This document shows positions 37,976 to 51,949 of a stretch of DNA of 60,000 nt, piece by piece. The translations under genes were made by a program, and so were the position numbers. Origin of the DNA: Vicugna vicugna (lineage: Eukaryota); assembly GCA_013265495.1 (NCBI GenBank), contig MU058252.1, positions 436,001 through 496,000 of the forward strand. Reading direction: 5' to 3'. The notes under the pieces were generated by a model. It did no database searches, had not been told where the DNA came from, and saw only the letters and a program-made list of their open reading frames with translations. The first letter of the stretch is position 1. Each line of letters begins with the position of its first letter.

Positions 37976-38167
37976 TAAGAAAAGTCACAATTTCACATCA
38001 GAATGTGAAGAGAGTTCACCTGTGGACCAGTCTCCAGTCTGCATCCATCCCACTGACTCCCACCCCAACTCTTCCCAAGGGAAAGTGTAAGCTGGCACTG
38101 CAGTGGGGAGGGGAGTAAAAGGCCTGGATACCCAAGAAGGAAGGCAGGGACCATGGCTTCTTCTTTC

Positions 38168-38173
38168 TTTATT
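38168..38173 (-). terminator. ABCF2 polyadenylation signal AATAAA
   Basis: tttatt on the plus strand, about 460 nt past the stop codon. Confidence 0.65.
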
Positions 38174-38629
38174 GGATGCTTTGTAGATGTCACGCAGGTC
38201 TAAAAGTTACACTGTTAAATAATTCTTTAAAAACCAACCAGGATTAAGGCCCTGGTCCAGAGCTCCAAACCAGAAGCAGAAAGGAATGGGGGCGGTGGGC
38301 TGGGGTATTCCTCCAACATCACCAAAACCCAGAGAACGAGGATCCTAAGCTCCTTCACAGGCCAACCCAGGACGTGGGCCCTCAGGTTAACCCTCAGATG
38401 CCTTTGGCTGCATCACTATTAGGGTCAGAACCAGCAAGGAGCTGGCAGGAACGGCCAGCCGAGTCCAGACATGGACAAAAGTAACTGGAAGGACAGGAGA
38501 CGGACAGGTACTGTCCAGCTGTAGAGAAGATCACAGAGTGCAGCTAAGGCAGGTGGGGGAGGGGCTGGGGAGCAGTATTGCAGCAATGCAGGAGTGTGGC
38601 CCCAGGGGCCTGGCCCGGCCAGCGAGGGC

Positions 38630-41600
38630 TCACACGTTGTGGGTCCTCCTGGTAAGCTGGGGCTCCTCGCCCACCAGCTTGGACTTGAGGTGCTCCTTGT
38701 AGGCCAGGATGTCTCCAGGCCACTTGGTGATTGTCTGCTTCTCACAGACCCAGATTTCTTGTGCAACCTAGAAAGCAAATCCTAGACTTAATAATCCTGG
38801 CCAACATTCTTCCCATCCCTGTCCAGGAAACTGTTCTCAGGGGACTCTGGGAAGAAAACTCCATAACTTCCCACCCAGCCCCATATCCAGCTCCCAACTT
38901 CACAGCCCCAGGGTTCTTAGGGATGGCCTAACCCAAGAGTGCTGTAACCGGCAGGTTTTGGAGGCTTCCAAGCCAGAACCTGCGGTGCCAACCCGATTTC
39001 CAGTTCCCCAGCAGGACCTCGATCTGTTTAGAGGCTTCACCCTCAGCTTTCTTTTCTCCACTCCAACTCCCCCAAAGCTTCAGAGAAAAGATCAGCAGCT
39101 TTTTCACCAATGACTAGCGGTAGCCATCAGTCTAATCCCAAGCCTCCTTCGGGTAATTTTATTTCTAGGTGGACGACTCTTGGCAACAATAGTAAAAAGC
39201 ACCCTGTTCTCTATCCAATTGCCTTGCCGGTTTTGGCCAACAATGCCAAGTAGGCTAACAGCCTCAAATAGCTATAAAGAATTAAGGGATTTCCACTAAG
39301 GCTTTCTAAGTTTCCCAAAGAACTATAAAATCCGGTCCTCTGTACCTGTATATGTCCTGAGCTCTCTTTCCAAAGACAATAAACACGTATTAAGTGCCCC
39401 CATGTGCCACGACTGTGTCCCACCTACTTCCTAGGTGCCCCGTTATGCCTCCCACTCCAGCCAGAGGCCTCACCTGCTGAATGAGTCTGAAATCGTGGCT
39501 GACCAGCATCATACCACCCTCAAACTCATTGATGGCATCTGCCAGGGCATCGATGGTCTCAATATCCAGGTGATTGGTGGGCTCATCCAAGAAAAGCATG
39601 TGTGGGTTCTGCCAGGCCAGCCAGGCCAGACACACTCGGCACTTCTGCCCATCAGACAGGTTCCGGATTGGGCTCACCTGAGTGGAACCATGACATTTAC
39701 AAAACCTGGTGTTACCTTCGCCACACATCATGACTCACCTCTATTACCCCATGGCTCCTCTATTATCACCATTTTATAGAAAGTGGGGCTCAGGAAGACC
39801 CAAGATCACCCAGCAAGATGGTGGCACAGCTGCTGGTCTTTCAAGGCCTGAAAGGGACACATCTGGAAGCCTGAAGCCCTGTCTCAGCACAGAATCTCAT
39901 GAACTGGAGCAATCCCCTCAGCCCGGATCTGAATCCAGGAACTTGCGTGCCAGGTTTCAATTTCCCTTGCCTTTAAGTGATAGGGCTCATCCTGCTAGTT
40001 TGGGGGCAAGGGCATATCAGAGACTGCCACACTATCCCTGACCCTCCCTTGAGATCTGAATGCTCCAAACCATAACAACCTAGAGCAAAGGAAAAGCAGA
40101 CCATCCAGCCAGTCTCCAGGTATCTGGGGCTCTCCCCACACCCTGCTCCACTGACCTGCTGTTTCCCAGTGAGACCATATCGCCCGATGATCTTCCTCAT
40201 CTCTTCCTTCTCCTTGATCTCTGGGTAGCACTTCATCATGTACTCCAAAGGCGAGAGGTCTAAGTCCAACTGCTCTTGTAAATGCTACAGGAAAAAAGGA
40301 ACCCATCCAGGTGTGACTGGTGTCCCACTTCAAAAGGAACCCTGCTGGGCTTACCTCCCCAGTTAACTCTCCACCTCTCCCCAGGGGCCTATTCAAGATT
40401 CTAGAAGCAGCTAGGAGCTGACTTGGTCAAAGGCAGCCCCGTTCCCAAATCCTGGGCAACGCCCCCCACCCTAACGACTATACCTGATGATAACGCCCTA
40501 TTTTGACATGAGAGTGTTTTCGGATCATTCCATCTGTGGGTAGTAGCTAGAAAAAAAAAGCAGTAAGTGGAAAGATAAGCACACAAAAAAGGAAACCAGG
40601 TCAGAAGCAGACATAGGCAGAGAGGGGAAACAAACATATGTTAACACTGAGCAAGACTCATACAACTTCCTAAACGGAATCTATATCACCACCTCACTAA
40701 TAGCTATTCTGGCCACTCTAAAAATATTTAGGAAGATATACTGAAACAGATGTTCTCACGAGAGGCAAAGACACACACCATACCACCTACTCAGTAGTAA
40801 TTAAATGACTACTAGAGAAAGCACTGCAGTGTGTAACAAAGGACTCAGATCTGGGCACAACATACATTTTCTACAATAAAACATCTCCAAATGCACAGAT
40901 GTTCCTATATGCTAAATGCTCTGAATGAATGCACAGAAAAATGTTGAGAGCACGCATGTTATTCTCTCTCACACTCACACAGACTCCCCCTTCCTCTCTC
41001 CCTCTCTCCTTCTGAGAAAACTGCCCCAAACTTCAGCTCTGCCCCATGATGATCTTCCACCCCAGAGGATGTCTCACTCACTACTAGGGTGCTCAGGCCC
41101 TGCAAGAGTAGTGGTCCCTGCGTACCCTCCCTCCTCCTCAGACACACTGAGCACCATACCTCTCCAGTTAGCAGCTTCAGAAGAGTTGACTTCCCTGCTC
41201 CATTGGGCCCCACCAGAGCCACTCGTGTGTCGAGATCAATACCAAATTCTAGATTGTTGTAGATGCAAGGCTGAAGTGGGTGAGAGAGAGAGAGACGGAC
41301 ACAAGGCTAGTGTGCCGATCAAGCTGACTGGCAGACCAGCCCCGCGGAGTCCCTAGTCACCACTGGAGGAGGCGGGAGTGAGGAGGAGGGAGGCAGCTCT
41401 CATGGTAGACCCCAACCCATGCCTCCATCCACCAACCCAGCTGAACAGTTTTCCTTCTACTCTAAGTCCCTGGACGAGGCACCCCAGCGGCCACACCTGA
41501 AAAATCCCCAGCATCAGAGGGGTTAGTAGTTGTGGTCAGCAAACAATAGGAGACTATTCTCACCAGTTGATACTCATCTTGTAAAGTGTACCCTAGCCTT

Positions 41601-44600
41601 CCAACCACACACAGGTACTCACCCCATCTTTTGTATACTTGAAGCTGACATTCTGCACCATGATAACGGGTGGAGGGATCTTGCCACATGGTGGGAAATA
41701 AAATGACAGTGTCTAGGAAGAGGAGAGGACATTTATCAAGTCAGGTTCTTTCTTATCCCCTCACCTCCGGCCACCTAATTCCATCCAATCAGACCCTACC
41801 TTGTCACTCACAACCCTCTCTGTCAGTCCAGATGCCATCATCTTCTGTAGCGTCTTCTCCTTGCTCTGGGCCTGCCGGGCCAGCTTGGCACTGCCATGAC
41901 CGAACCTAGCAATGTAGTTCTGAAAGAGACCAGAGGGGGCCTGGAGTAAGGGTAGGCACCGAACAACTCATCCTAAATACTCAGTAAAAACTGATAACAA
42001 CTTCTTCCAGACCTTCTCCAGCACCCCTCACCTCCCAAACACCCTCACCCGGCTCCCCGGACGACGTGAACTCAGCTCCACGACTGTCCTACCTTCATGT
42101 GTGCAATCTGATCCTGCTCCCAGTGGAACCTCTTCATCTGATTTTCTTCCAGCTCCAGCCGTGTCTTCACATACTGATCATAATTACCCTGCAGGAAAAT
42201 GCACCAGGCGAGACGGGCAGCTTTAGCCGCGGTCCTGGGTTCTCACTCAGGGTTCAGGGGTATGCGATCTGGCATCTGACTTGGCCCTGGCTATAAGATT
42301 GTGCAGCAGGGAAAGAGGAAGTGCATTAAAGAAGCATATCCTAATCTAGAATCTGTGGTCTTTCAAATTACGTGCACCTCGTTCTTAGCTTAGCCAGAGC
42401 AGGGCTCCAGATCAGATCCTTGGGTTAGCTGTAAAGACACCCAGAGCACTGGCAGTAGCCCTGAAAACCTCCTTCATACAGACATCATGAAGCTCACAGC
42501 CTTCCAAGAGCACCTCCGACTACTCTGCACGCCTAGAGGCTGAGGCCCATGCAGACTACAAGAACTGCCTCTAGGTGGGATGGTGTGAGACCAGTCAGAT
42601 TTGGGACCTGACAAACCCTGCACTATGGACTGCCATGGTTTCTATCTGCAAAAAACTGGACTCAACCTAAATATCCATCAAAAAGGGTCTGACAAAAGGG
42701 AAAAAAAAGGTTTGACAAATAAGTTATAGGATAGCTATACAATGAAATACCACACAGTCACTGAAAAGAATGAGGCTGACTTATGGAAATCTCATATGGA
42801 AAGCAGTCCAAGACAAACACAACCTACAGAAGAGAAGGACTAAGACACAACTGTGACAGGTGTACATGAAATTGTCTGTAAATGCTTACAAGTACACATG
42901 AAAGTTCTGAAAGGCTGTATCAAAGACTTAATACTCCGATGGTGAGCACAACCATGAATAAAGGAAACTTCTACTTTTTCATTTTTGATACTTTTTTCGA
43001 AATACAAAAAATGAAAAGGCAAGGCAGAAAAATGGGCTGTTGAGATCCTGGCTCCCACTCTTCACTGAAGGAGGGGTAATGTGCTGAACGCCACAAAGCA
43101 GAGTTAAGCAGCTGCTCGAGACGGCAGAGAGCACCAAGGCCTGCCCGGGCACCATGAAAAGTCAACCTCTTTGCATAAGGCAAACATACACCATGTGCAC
43201 AGGCTGCCAATCCATGGCCTATGGCCTGAAAGCAATTACTTTGGGACTAAAATAAAACAGGCTACAGGACTCCCTGTCCACATCTTTTTATAGCAATAGG
43301 CAGAAAAGAGCTGCTAAGTCTATTTTTTCTTTAAAGGAGAATTTCAGGCAATTGGTAAGCACAAAGGTTATTATGGAGAAGTTGGGTCCACTCACCGTAT
43401 AATACTTCAGTTTCTTGTTGTGCATGTGAATGATGTTGGTACAGACGCCATTCAGAAAGTCCTGGGAATGGGAGACGAGGACCAGGATGCGCTTAAAACT
43501 GCAAAGCCAGAGAACCAGTTAGGGAGGTGCTCAAAACGGCAGCCAGTTCACAACAGGTGAGCTGAATGTCAGGCCCGGAAAGCCTTCAGCCTTTCCCTTC
43601 CTTACACCTCAGCATCCTTTAGACTTACTGGTCAATTCCCAGTTCTCAGCAAGCACCTAAGCCAGCAGTGCACAAGCTCCTTGTAAGGACACTTTGATGC
43701 CTTGCAAAGTGTGGTGACAGAGTCTGAGTGTTCTCAATCTTCTGTTCTAACTTTCAACAGAACGGAATGGAGAAGGCAGTAACAGTGACGGTAAAATCAA
43801 AAAAGTATGCACACAACCACCCGTAAGTATCTCTAAAACCATGGGTGGGAAGAGCTGAAACAGGCACAGTAAAAAGCATCATGCTCTTCTTTTTAAAGAA
43901 AGTACCGAGTCACTGCAGAGACCATGGGAAGCCTTCTTCTAGAACTGGTGCAATGCTCCAGGTTATTCGGCTCTCTAGCCCGGGACCGCTGCCATGTGGG
44001 CTATTTTTGCCTTTGTCACTGCATTATGATCTTAGATGTGAATTCCTGTTTATATGACATATGTAAATACAATTAAGGAAAAATATTGTCTTTAATAAAG
44101 ATACTGTATTTTCAGTAACAGGAAAAACAAAAAAAAGTAAATCAAAATAATGAAAAAAAAAACAAAAAAACTACATTCCAGGCAACAAAAGCAAACAAAA
44201 AGCCTGCCCTAAAGGTGCTTACCACTTTTTCAATGTGGCCTTTGCTCTGGCCTGACTTCTGTCCATTTCTCACTGCTCTAGTATCACTGTAGTTTCTGGG
44301 CATCCATCTCCCTTGGACTCTGCTCAATGACCCCTTCAGGACCTGCCCACTTCCCACCCTAGCCTCCCCACTTACGTCTTTAGCTCTTCTTCCAACCACA
44401 CACAAGCGTCGAGGTCCAGGTGGTTGGTGGGCTCGTCCAGGAGCAGCATGAAGGGCCGAATGAAGAGGGCTCTGAAGAACAGGAAAGGAGACAGAGCCAC
44501 TTCAGTCTAACAGGTGCTACACAGGAGAGGACAGCCTGCCTGCTACCTGCAATTCTGGTCAGGCCTGCATCAAGTCCTGAAATCAATTCTAGACTCTCCA

Positions 44601-47600
44601 CCTCAGAGGAAAGGTGAGAACTAGGAGAGAAACCAGAGATGAAAAGTGGAGGTTAAAGGGCAGAAAACAGAGCTGAGAAGTAGAGGGAAGATGCAGTTTG
44701 GAGATAAAGCTGTAAAAATCTTTATGAATCTGCAATTCTTTTACACTGAGGTTGGTGACTAACGGGAACACAAAAGGATACAGAGAAAATAAATTGTTAA
44801 AGCAAAAAGTATTCAGGTTAAACCTAACTGGTAGGGTTGCCAGACTAGCAGGGAGGCCAGAGTGCTGTTTTCTTAGATACAATCACAGGAGAATGAGGGG
44901 AGAGTGCTGGACCCCACACTCGTAGTCACCACACATGCAGAACTTTTTAGAAATAAGATTCTGGACCTCAGACTCCAGCATTCTGACTGCACGTATCTGA
45001 AGCAGAAGCTAGAAAACTGTATTTTTAAAAGCTCCCCAGGTGAACCTGAGGCAGCTAACCCTTGCTAGCACATAAAGCCACAGTTCTCATGCACCAAGGC
45101 ACGCACAAGTAGCCCTGCTAAAGCAGTGGCTCAAGCGTCGCCAATGCACGTGGCAGAGAACGGTGGGTAAGGAACCACCCATTTAACTGGGGACTTCCTG
45201 GGAGACAGGTGAGGGAATGATGGTCTACAGAAAGTCACGTTGGGTCCAGGTCACAAGAGAGTAAGGAGGACAGATATCATAATAGCTGTCTAACATTTTA
45301 TCTTTATACGTCAAGAGTTAGAAGGACTGAAGCACAAAAAAGGGCGGGAGAGGAGTCAAGAGGAAAGAAAGACCCAGACCTACTCTCCCATGTTACCTAG
45401 GGCTGGTCCTAGGGTTCCCAAACACTGTGCCGAAGTCCTGCAATGACCACTTCAGTCGGGAAGCTCACACCTTAGCTCACGTATACCACTGCCCTGAATC
45501 CCCCCCACCACTGTCAATATCTGCATCCTACTGGACACTGACTGACCATCAGCCTCCGTTCTAAACAGCTCCACTGGAGGAAGCATTCAACCCAGAAAGC
45601 AATGGGGCTCCACAGTGGGTGGAGGAGGGAGAGACTCACCTGGCAAGGGCAACCCTCATCCTCCAGCCCCCACTGAAGTCTTTTAGCTTCTTGCGTTGCA
45701 TGGCAGGTGTGAAACCCAGTCCGTGCAAGATCCGGGAGGCCCTCATCTCCGCCTTGTCAGCATCCAGCTCCTCCAGCCGCTCGTAGAGCTCTAAGAGCTT
45801 CTCACACTCCGCTGTGGGCAGTGCATGGCATGTGAGCTCCCGGGCCTTCCCAGGGAAATTCCACCCCCACACCCCGGGGTCTGGGGCCCTACCATCCTCG
45901 TGAGCCAGCCGCTCTGCCTCCCTCTCCAGCATGGCCCGCTCCGTGTCAACTTCCATCACACACTGCAAGGGCGTCTTGTCACTAGGGGGCATCTCCCGAG
46001 TCAGGTGGTAGATGTCGATGTGCTCAGGGATGGGCACTTCGCGCTTCCCAATAGCAGACAGCAGCATGGACTTTCCTGAGGGGAGCAGGCAAAGGACGGG
46101 AGGAGAAGTGGACACTCAGCACAGCTCTGCCTGCCATTCCCCCACACCAGTCCCTCCCCACCGGCCAGACCATGACCTCATCATTTTTTGAGTATTTTCC
46201 GTCCTTTCACTCATTCAAGTCCTGCTATCCCCCTCTCCCACCCTTGGGATACCCTTCCAATTTTCCTCCAATTCTTGTCCTCTGAGAAGTCTGTTCACCT
46301 ACAGAGGCCTGACACAAAGCCTGGCCCGCCCCTCCCAGCCACTTCTCCCACACCTGCTGTCTCCAACTACTCATGTGGTACCTGTCACACACTGCTCGGT
46401 GCTGCTAGTTCTCTCCCTGGGCAGATCTGGTCTCCCACCCATGTTGTCACGTCCTTGCTTTGTACACAGCTGATGCTAAGTAAATACCTCCTGAGTGACA
46501 AGGAGAGAGACCTCCCACCAAGCCTTCCAAGGGCCTCACCAATTCCATTTAAGCCAATGAGGCCGTAGCGACGGCCTGAGTTTAATTCCAGTTTGGTGTC
46601 ACTGAGCAGCTCTTGACCATGAAAGGTAAGGGAGAGGTTGATGATGTGGGCGTCAGTACTGTTGGGGTGAGAGGCGAGGACACCAGTGACAGCGCGAGCA
46701 GCAGCTTTCTTCATCTCAAAGTCCTCTAGCTCCTTGGTCAGCAAGTCTACTTCTAGGGACAGAAAAGAAAAGCAGTTTGGGAAGAGGGCTGTAAGACAGA
46801 CTAAGCTCTCACACAAAAAGGCACGCCTTAGAGCACCTGGATAGATCAGTCATGCATCAGACTTTTTTCATCTGAGGGTCCTGGGTTCAGGACCTTGTTC
46901 AGACATTTGTGGCTTTTGCCCTTCTGTAGATTATCAAATATTATCATACAAAGATCCAAAAGCTGAAAGAGGCATGCCCTGGAAGACCTGGGTTGAAGAT
47001 GAGGTTGAGCTGACTCAGCTGTTTCACAAGCTTTAAACAGTGCACATCACATACAGATCTGCCCTGGTATCACACCTTCATGGACATTTTTTACTTCACA
47101 ACTTGTCTTTTTAATTCTAACTTCTCTTGATCTTAGAGGATATAATGCATGGTCGGAATGGCTGGAACTCCAAATTGTCCTCCACGAGTATATGTTAAAG
47201 AATTAGTACCAATGCCCAAAAGAAAGCAGACACTACAGAGGTGCAATTCTTTCTCCACGATCTAGGGAGCTTCCAGGTGGTGCTTCCAAGAAGCTATTTT
47301 GTCCAGAAGGGACCAGCGTAAGAAAATTCACAGCGGGATCAACGGCAAGCAGAGATAAGGCTGGGAAAACCAGAAGTTCCAAGTCTGGAGGGTTTCAGAG
47401 ATGCAAACTGACTATGAGACAAGAGACCAACTATTCTGCCTTTGTGGGTTTCAGGGACAACTACATTCACAGGCTGGGAAGAACCACTCATATTCACGGC
47501 CAGGAGTGGTCGAGTTCACCCTGTGTCTGGGATGCTGCATCATCATCCCCCATCTAATTTAACCCTCATAAGCCTTATGAGAGATACACACATCACCCTC

Positions 47601-50600
47601 ATTCTATAAAGAGATTAAATAATACAGCCAAGGTCAAAAAGGCTAGTAAGTGACAGAGCCAGAATCTGAACCAGGGTTTGTCTGACCCCAAGGCCGTGAC
47701 CTCAACTACTGCACTATCTTACCCCTTCCAGAGAGGAAAGTGCTCACAAAGTACTGTTGAAAGGAGGACAGAAATGGGGGTGTAGGGAGTCATGGTAAGC
47801 TTCTTCCAAAAGACAGTAAGGTGATCTATCTACATTCTCAGGAAGGAGTCAAAACTACACATAAGGTTCCACTACTGTGAGAATGTTCTAATTTTTCAGT
47901 CTCTGACACCCTTACCTATGTTCCCTTAGTGATCTTACAGTAGAACCCCCGAGATGTGAAAGCCTGTGCACTTGTCCTTAGGAAAAGGAAAGATGGAGTA
48001 GAAGGGGAAAGAGCTCAGTCCCTCCTCGGACACGCAGGCTTGGGGAGAGCAACTCCAAGGGAGAGGGTGTGTCGTGGTCAGGCTTAGGTCACTCTCCAAA
48101 TACCCCATCCTGTCAGGAGGTCACCAGGGCTGGCACCATCAGCCACCCTGTCGCTGAACTGCTCAGCCTGCAAGGGGCCAGCATGGACGGCAGTCACTCT
48201 GTATGTATCTCACATTCCAGTGCAGCGTGTTACACGTAAATGCTTGATGAGTATAGGCTTATCCCATTTTATTCCACTTCAGGTTACTGTGCTTTGCACA
48301 TACGCAATTTTTACAAATTGAAGGTTTGTGGAAACCCTGTGTCGAGCAATTATATCAGTGTCATTTTCCCAACAGCAATTGCTCACTTGTGTCTCTGTGT
48401 CACATTTTGGTATTTACTGCAGTATTTTAAACATTTTCATTATTATTAGATTTGTTATGGTGATCTGTGATCTTTGATGTTACTACTACAACTCACTGAA
48501 GGCTCAAATGATTGCTAGCACTTAGCAACAAAGTATTCTAAAATTAAGGTATGCCCATTTTTTTAAAAACATGCTATTATGCACTTAGTAGACTACAGTA
48601 TAGTGTAAAGATAACTTTTATACACATAAGGAAACCTAAAAATTCGTGTGACTTGCTTTATTGCAATACCAGCTTTACTACAGTGGTCTGGAACTGGATC
48701 GCGATACCTCCAAGGTGTGCCTCCAAGGTGTGACCGTACTTTTCAAATGGAGGACACATTGTTTGTCTTGGCTGATAAGAGGACTTTTAACAGTATTTTT
48801 TCTACACAGTTGAGTTCGCAGGCTTCCCACAGCCCCTCTGTGCCAATCCTTGTTCTAGATGTTGAGAAGAAGATGTTGCAGAAGTTTATAATCTAGATCA
48901 GAAGTTGGTAAACTTTCTCAAAGGATCAGATGCTAAATATTTTAGGGTTTACAGCCCAAGTGACAAAATAAAAACTATTATGTAGGTATATATATCACCA
49001 TCTGAAACTTTAAAAATGTAAAAACCATTCTTAGCCTGGGAGTGGATTGGCTTAAAAAAAGGCTGGCCAGATTTGGCCAATGGCCTGTTTTTTTGTAAAC
49101 AGAGTTTTACCGGAACACAGCCACACCCATTATTTTATGTATCGCCTATGGCTGTTTCCATTATAATGGCAAAGCAGGACAGCTGCATCAGAGACCACAA
49201 GGCCCACAAAGCTACAAATATTTACTGTCTGGATCTTTACAGGAAAAGACTGCCGATCCCTAGTCTATATCTCCATCTGCTCAGGCAAGAGAAAGATCAA
49301 AATTAAGGGAAAATTACACAGTCAACCCTCTGTATGCACAGTTCTGCATCCAGATTCAACAAACCACGGACAGAAAAAAAAAATCCAGAAAGTTTGTCAC
49401 ACAATGGCAACTATTTCATAGCATTTACGTTTAGGTGTTATAAGTAATCTAGAGATGGGCTAGGTTATATGCAAATATTACACACACCACTTTATATAAG
49501 AGACTTGAGTATCTATGGATTTTGGTATCCGCAGGGATCCTGGAATCAATTCCTAGTAGATACCGAGGCGCAGGACTGTATACCATTTTCTCTTGATCTC
49601 TTCCAGTTTACAGCATCTGTGATCTAAGTCATCTCCTAAGCTTCAAAAGTAAGACTTGGACCTCACTTTCCTAACCTACAGCATCCTCGAAAACAGACTC
49701 GAAAAATAAGTAAATAGCACTGAATAAAAGGAAAAGGGATTCTTTGTCAAGAGAGAATATTGTAGACTTCACAAGCAGCCCCTCTGTACACATTCCCCAA
49801 ACAAGGGGACCAGCTGAACTCCAGTGCCTGTCTTGAAGAGTCTCACATTCTAAAGAAGATTGAGCTGTCTGTTACAAGTCACTTTCTTTGATACGTATCT
49901 TGGTCTTTCCATACCTTCCCACCTAAAGAAGGCCAAGTAGCAATGGCCAACTGCTAAAGGTTGGAGAACGGTGACCTGCAGCATTAAGTAATTTCAAACT
50001 CAGAGAAGAGAGAGGACCCAGTCTTGGGAGAGGGAACAGTTGGCCCATTAACTATGGAAGCAGAAACAACCCTGGGTACCTGGCAATAAGAAATGTTCTG
50101 AGGGAGCTGGAAAGAACACAAGATTTCATATTTCGGAACAGCAGCCTCCTGAGGAAGGAAGGTGAAAATCAAAACTCCCTTATTACTGAGATAGGGATAC
50201 TGCAGCTGGGTTCCCCGGGAAACTCGGGTTTCCTAGGCAGAAAAGGTGAAGAAATTTGTAATGGGAACAGTAAACAATAGTCTCAAAGTGGGATTCAGTT
50301 TTCTACCTTTCCAATTTATCCAGAAAGTACCTACAGAGCTGATAAGAGACACTGCTTAACCATGGTGAGTGAGGCCCTAGAGGGAGCCCTGTCTCTACAG
50401 ATCACAATCTGGCCTGCTCCTTCACTCTTATCATTCTTAACTTTCCATCCCTTCACTACTCTGGCAGGAATAAAACTTCCCCATAGCCTGACTTTATTGC
50501 ACTAGCTTTCCCTCATAATTCTTACTTTGGAGACAATTTTTACCACTCTCTCCTATCATTTTTAACCACCCCCGCTTTCCGAATTGTTACCTGTTGTAAT

Positions 50601-51638
50601 TTCCATTAGTAATTCTCGTCATCTTCAAAGATCAAATAATTTAGTTGAAGAAACAGAAGATAAAACATAAAAAAGTTAACACTATAGATAGCATAAGGGC
50701 ATAGTGAATGGCAATATTATTGATGTCAGGTTTGACTGGGAAAGACTTTACCATCTTGAGCTGAGCCCTGAGAGAAATGTCAAATGTAACTAGTACAAAA
50801 ATTGTGTTAGAACCTCAGTGTGCAAATGGACAGAAATGTGGTGACTATTCAAGGGACAACAGTAGTTGATGGAGAAGGATGGAGAATGCCTGTTGAGTCT
50901 TCAGGCGGCAAGACAGAAAGCTAGGATAGACTGCCGAAAGCCTGGGATATTCTTTATTACACACTGCCCTGTGTGTAATAGACTAGACTGCAAGTTATCA
51001 GAGGACAAACCACACTTATAGTGCTTGGCATGGTGTCTAACACTTGAGAAGCACTCATAAGAGAAAGGTATCTCTCCCAGAAAAAAAAACTCATGAAATA
51101 ATTCACAGATTTCTCTCTTGTTGGTACAGTCACTACCCCGGGGAGGACAAGGATATAATGAGGCAAAGAGCCCAGCACACTGACCACCATGTGTAGAAAT
51201 GGAAATTGAGAAAGGGGCAGGGAACTGACCTCCTCACAGTCTAGTAGACAGAGCAGCAAGGCAGCACAACTCCCATATTTGCTTGCCACTGAGTATGTGA
51301 GAACTTTGTGTTCAGTTTCCTTGGTCAAGCTCCAACTCTACTGGTTTGGTTCATCATAAAAAGTTTCGTGGTACCAGGTAGATTTTCCAGTGCCCCGAGC
51401 ATCCAGACTCTGACTCCAGCTGGGACATCCATTAAATGGTAGCAACCATCCCAGGAACCCACCTCTCCCTCAATTCACCTGTGGTCTCTCGGCCATTGGC
51501 CTCCTCATTTTTCTCCTCTGCCACCTGTGGTTCTGTGACAGCGTCTCCGTTTTCTTCATGTCCTTTTCTGGGACGCTGTCGTGCTTTGGCAGCTTCCTTT
51601 TTTTTGGCTGCCTTCTTCTTGGCCAGGTCGGAGGGCAT
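38630..51638 (-). CDS. ABCF2: ATP-binding cassette subfamily F member 2, 625 aa
   Basis: Coding exons 51638-51479, 46752-46540, 46075-45893, 45811-45640, 44471-44376, 43498-43396, 42188-42093, 41919-41800, 41712-41623, 41270-41160, 40546-40484, 40284-40156, 39677-39474, 38767-38630. Total 1878 nt. Two nucleotide-binding domains (GLNGIGKS/FSGGW/LLLDEPT and [20 protein letters not shown]), no transmembrane domain. N-terminus [14 protein letters not shown]. Confidence 0.97.
48251..48722 (+). mobile_element. Internally deleted Tigger1-like element
   Basis: TTTTTACAAATTGAAGGTTTGTGG... and terminal CAGTGGTCTGGAAC...CTCCAAGGTGTGCCT. Confidence 0.7.
48897..49263. mobile_element. MER58-like hAT elements
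   Basis: GGAACACAGCCACACCCATT...AAATATTTACTGTCTGG...TTTACAGGAAAAG. Confidence 0.6.
49318..49580 (-). mobile_element. MER2-like (Tigger family) element
   Basis: TATAAGTAATCTAGAGATG...GGATTTTGGTATCCGC...GATACCGAGG; CAGTC/GACTG ends. Confidence 0.7.
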
Positions 51639-51949
51639 GGTGATGAACCACAGGGGAACGTTACTGTTCTTTCAGGAAGCCTGAAGGAAGGCAAACACCC
51701 CCAAATTCTAAACTTTCGCAGAGCGCCTGGCCCTTGCTCCATCCCTCTCAGGAATTTTCCTATCAAGCCTCCGATACCCAGCTACGCCCCAGCCTAGTCG
51801 CTCCCAACTTTGTCAGGCTCTCCCAAGCCAATTCTGATCCTCGGCCGCTCTTCTAATCTCAACATCTCTTCCCTCGGGCTTTGTCCACCAATCCCCACGG
51901 ACTGCCTCACTCTGGAAACGCTCCTCCTTTCGGGGCCTCCAGTTAGGGA

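Noticed and set aside
39640..39665. Degenerate ABC signature LSDGQ in ABCF2
   Set aside because: Matches the recalled ABCF2 ortholog sequence; not specific to this genome.
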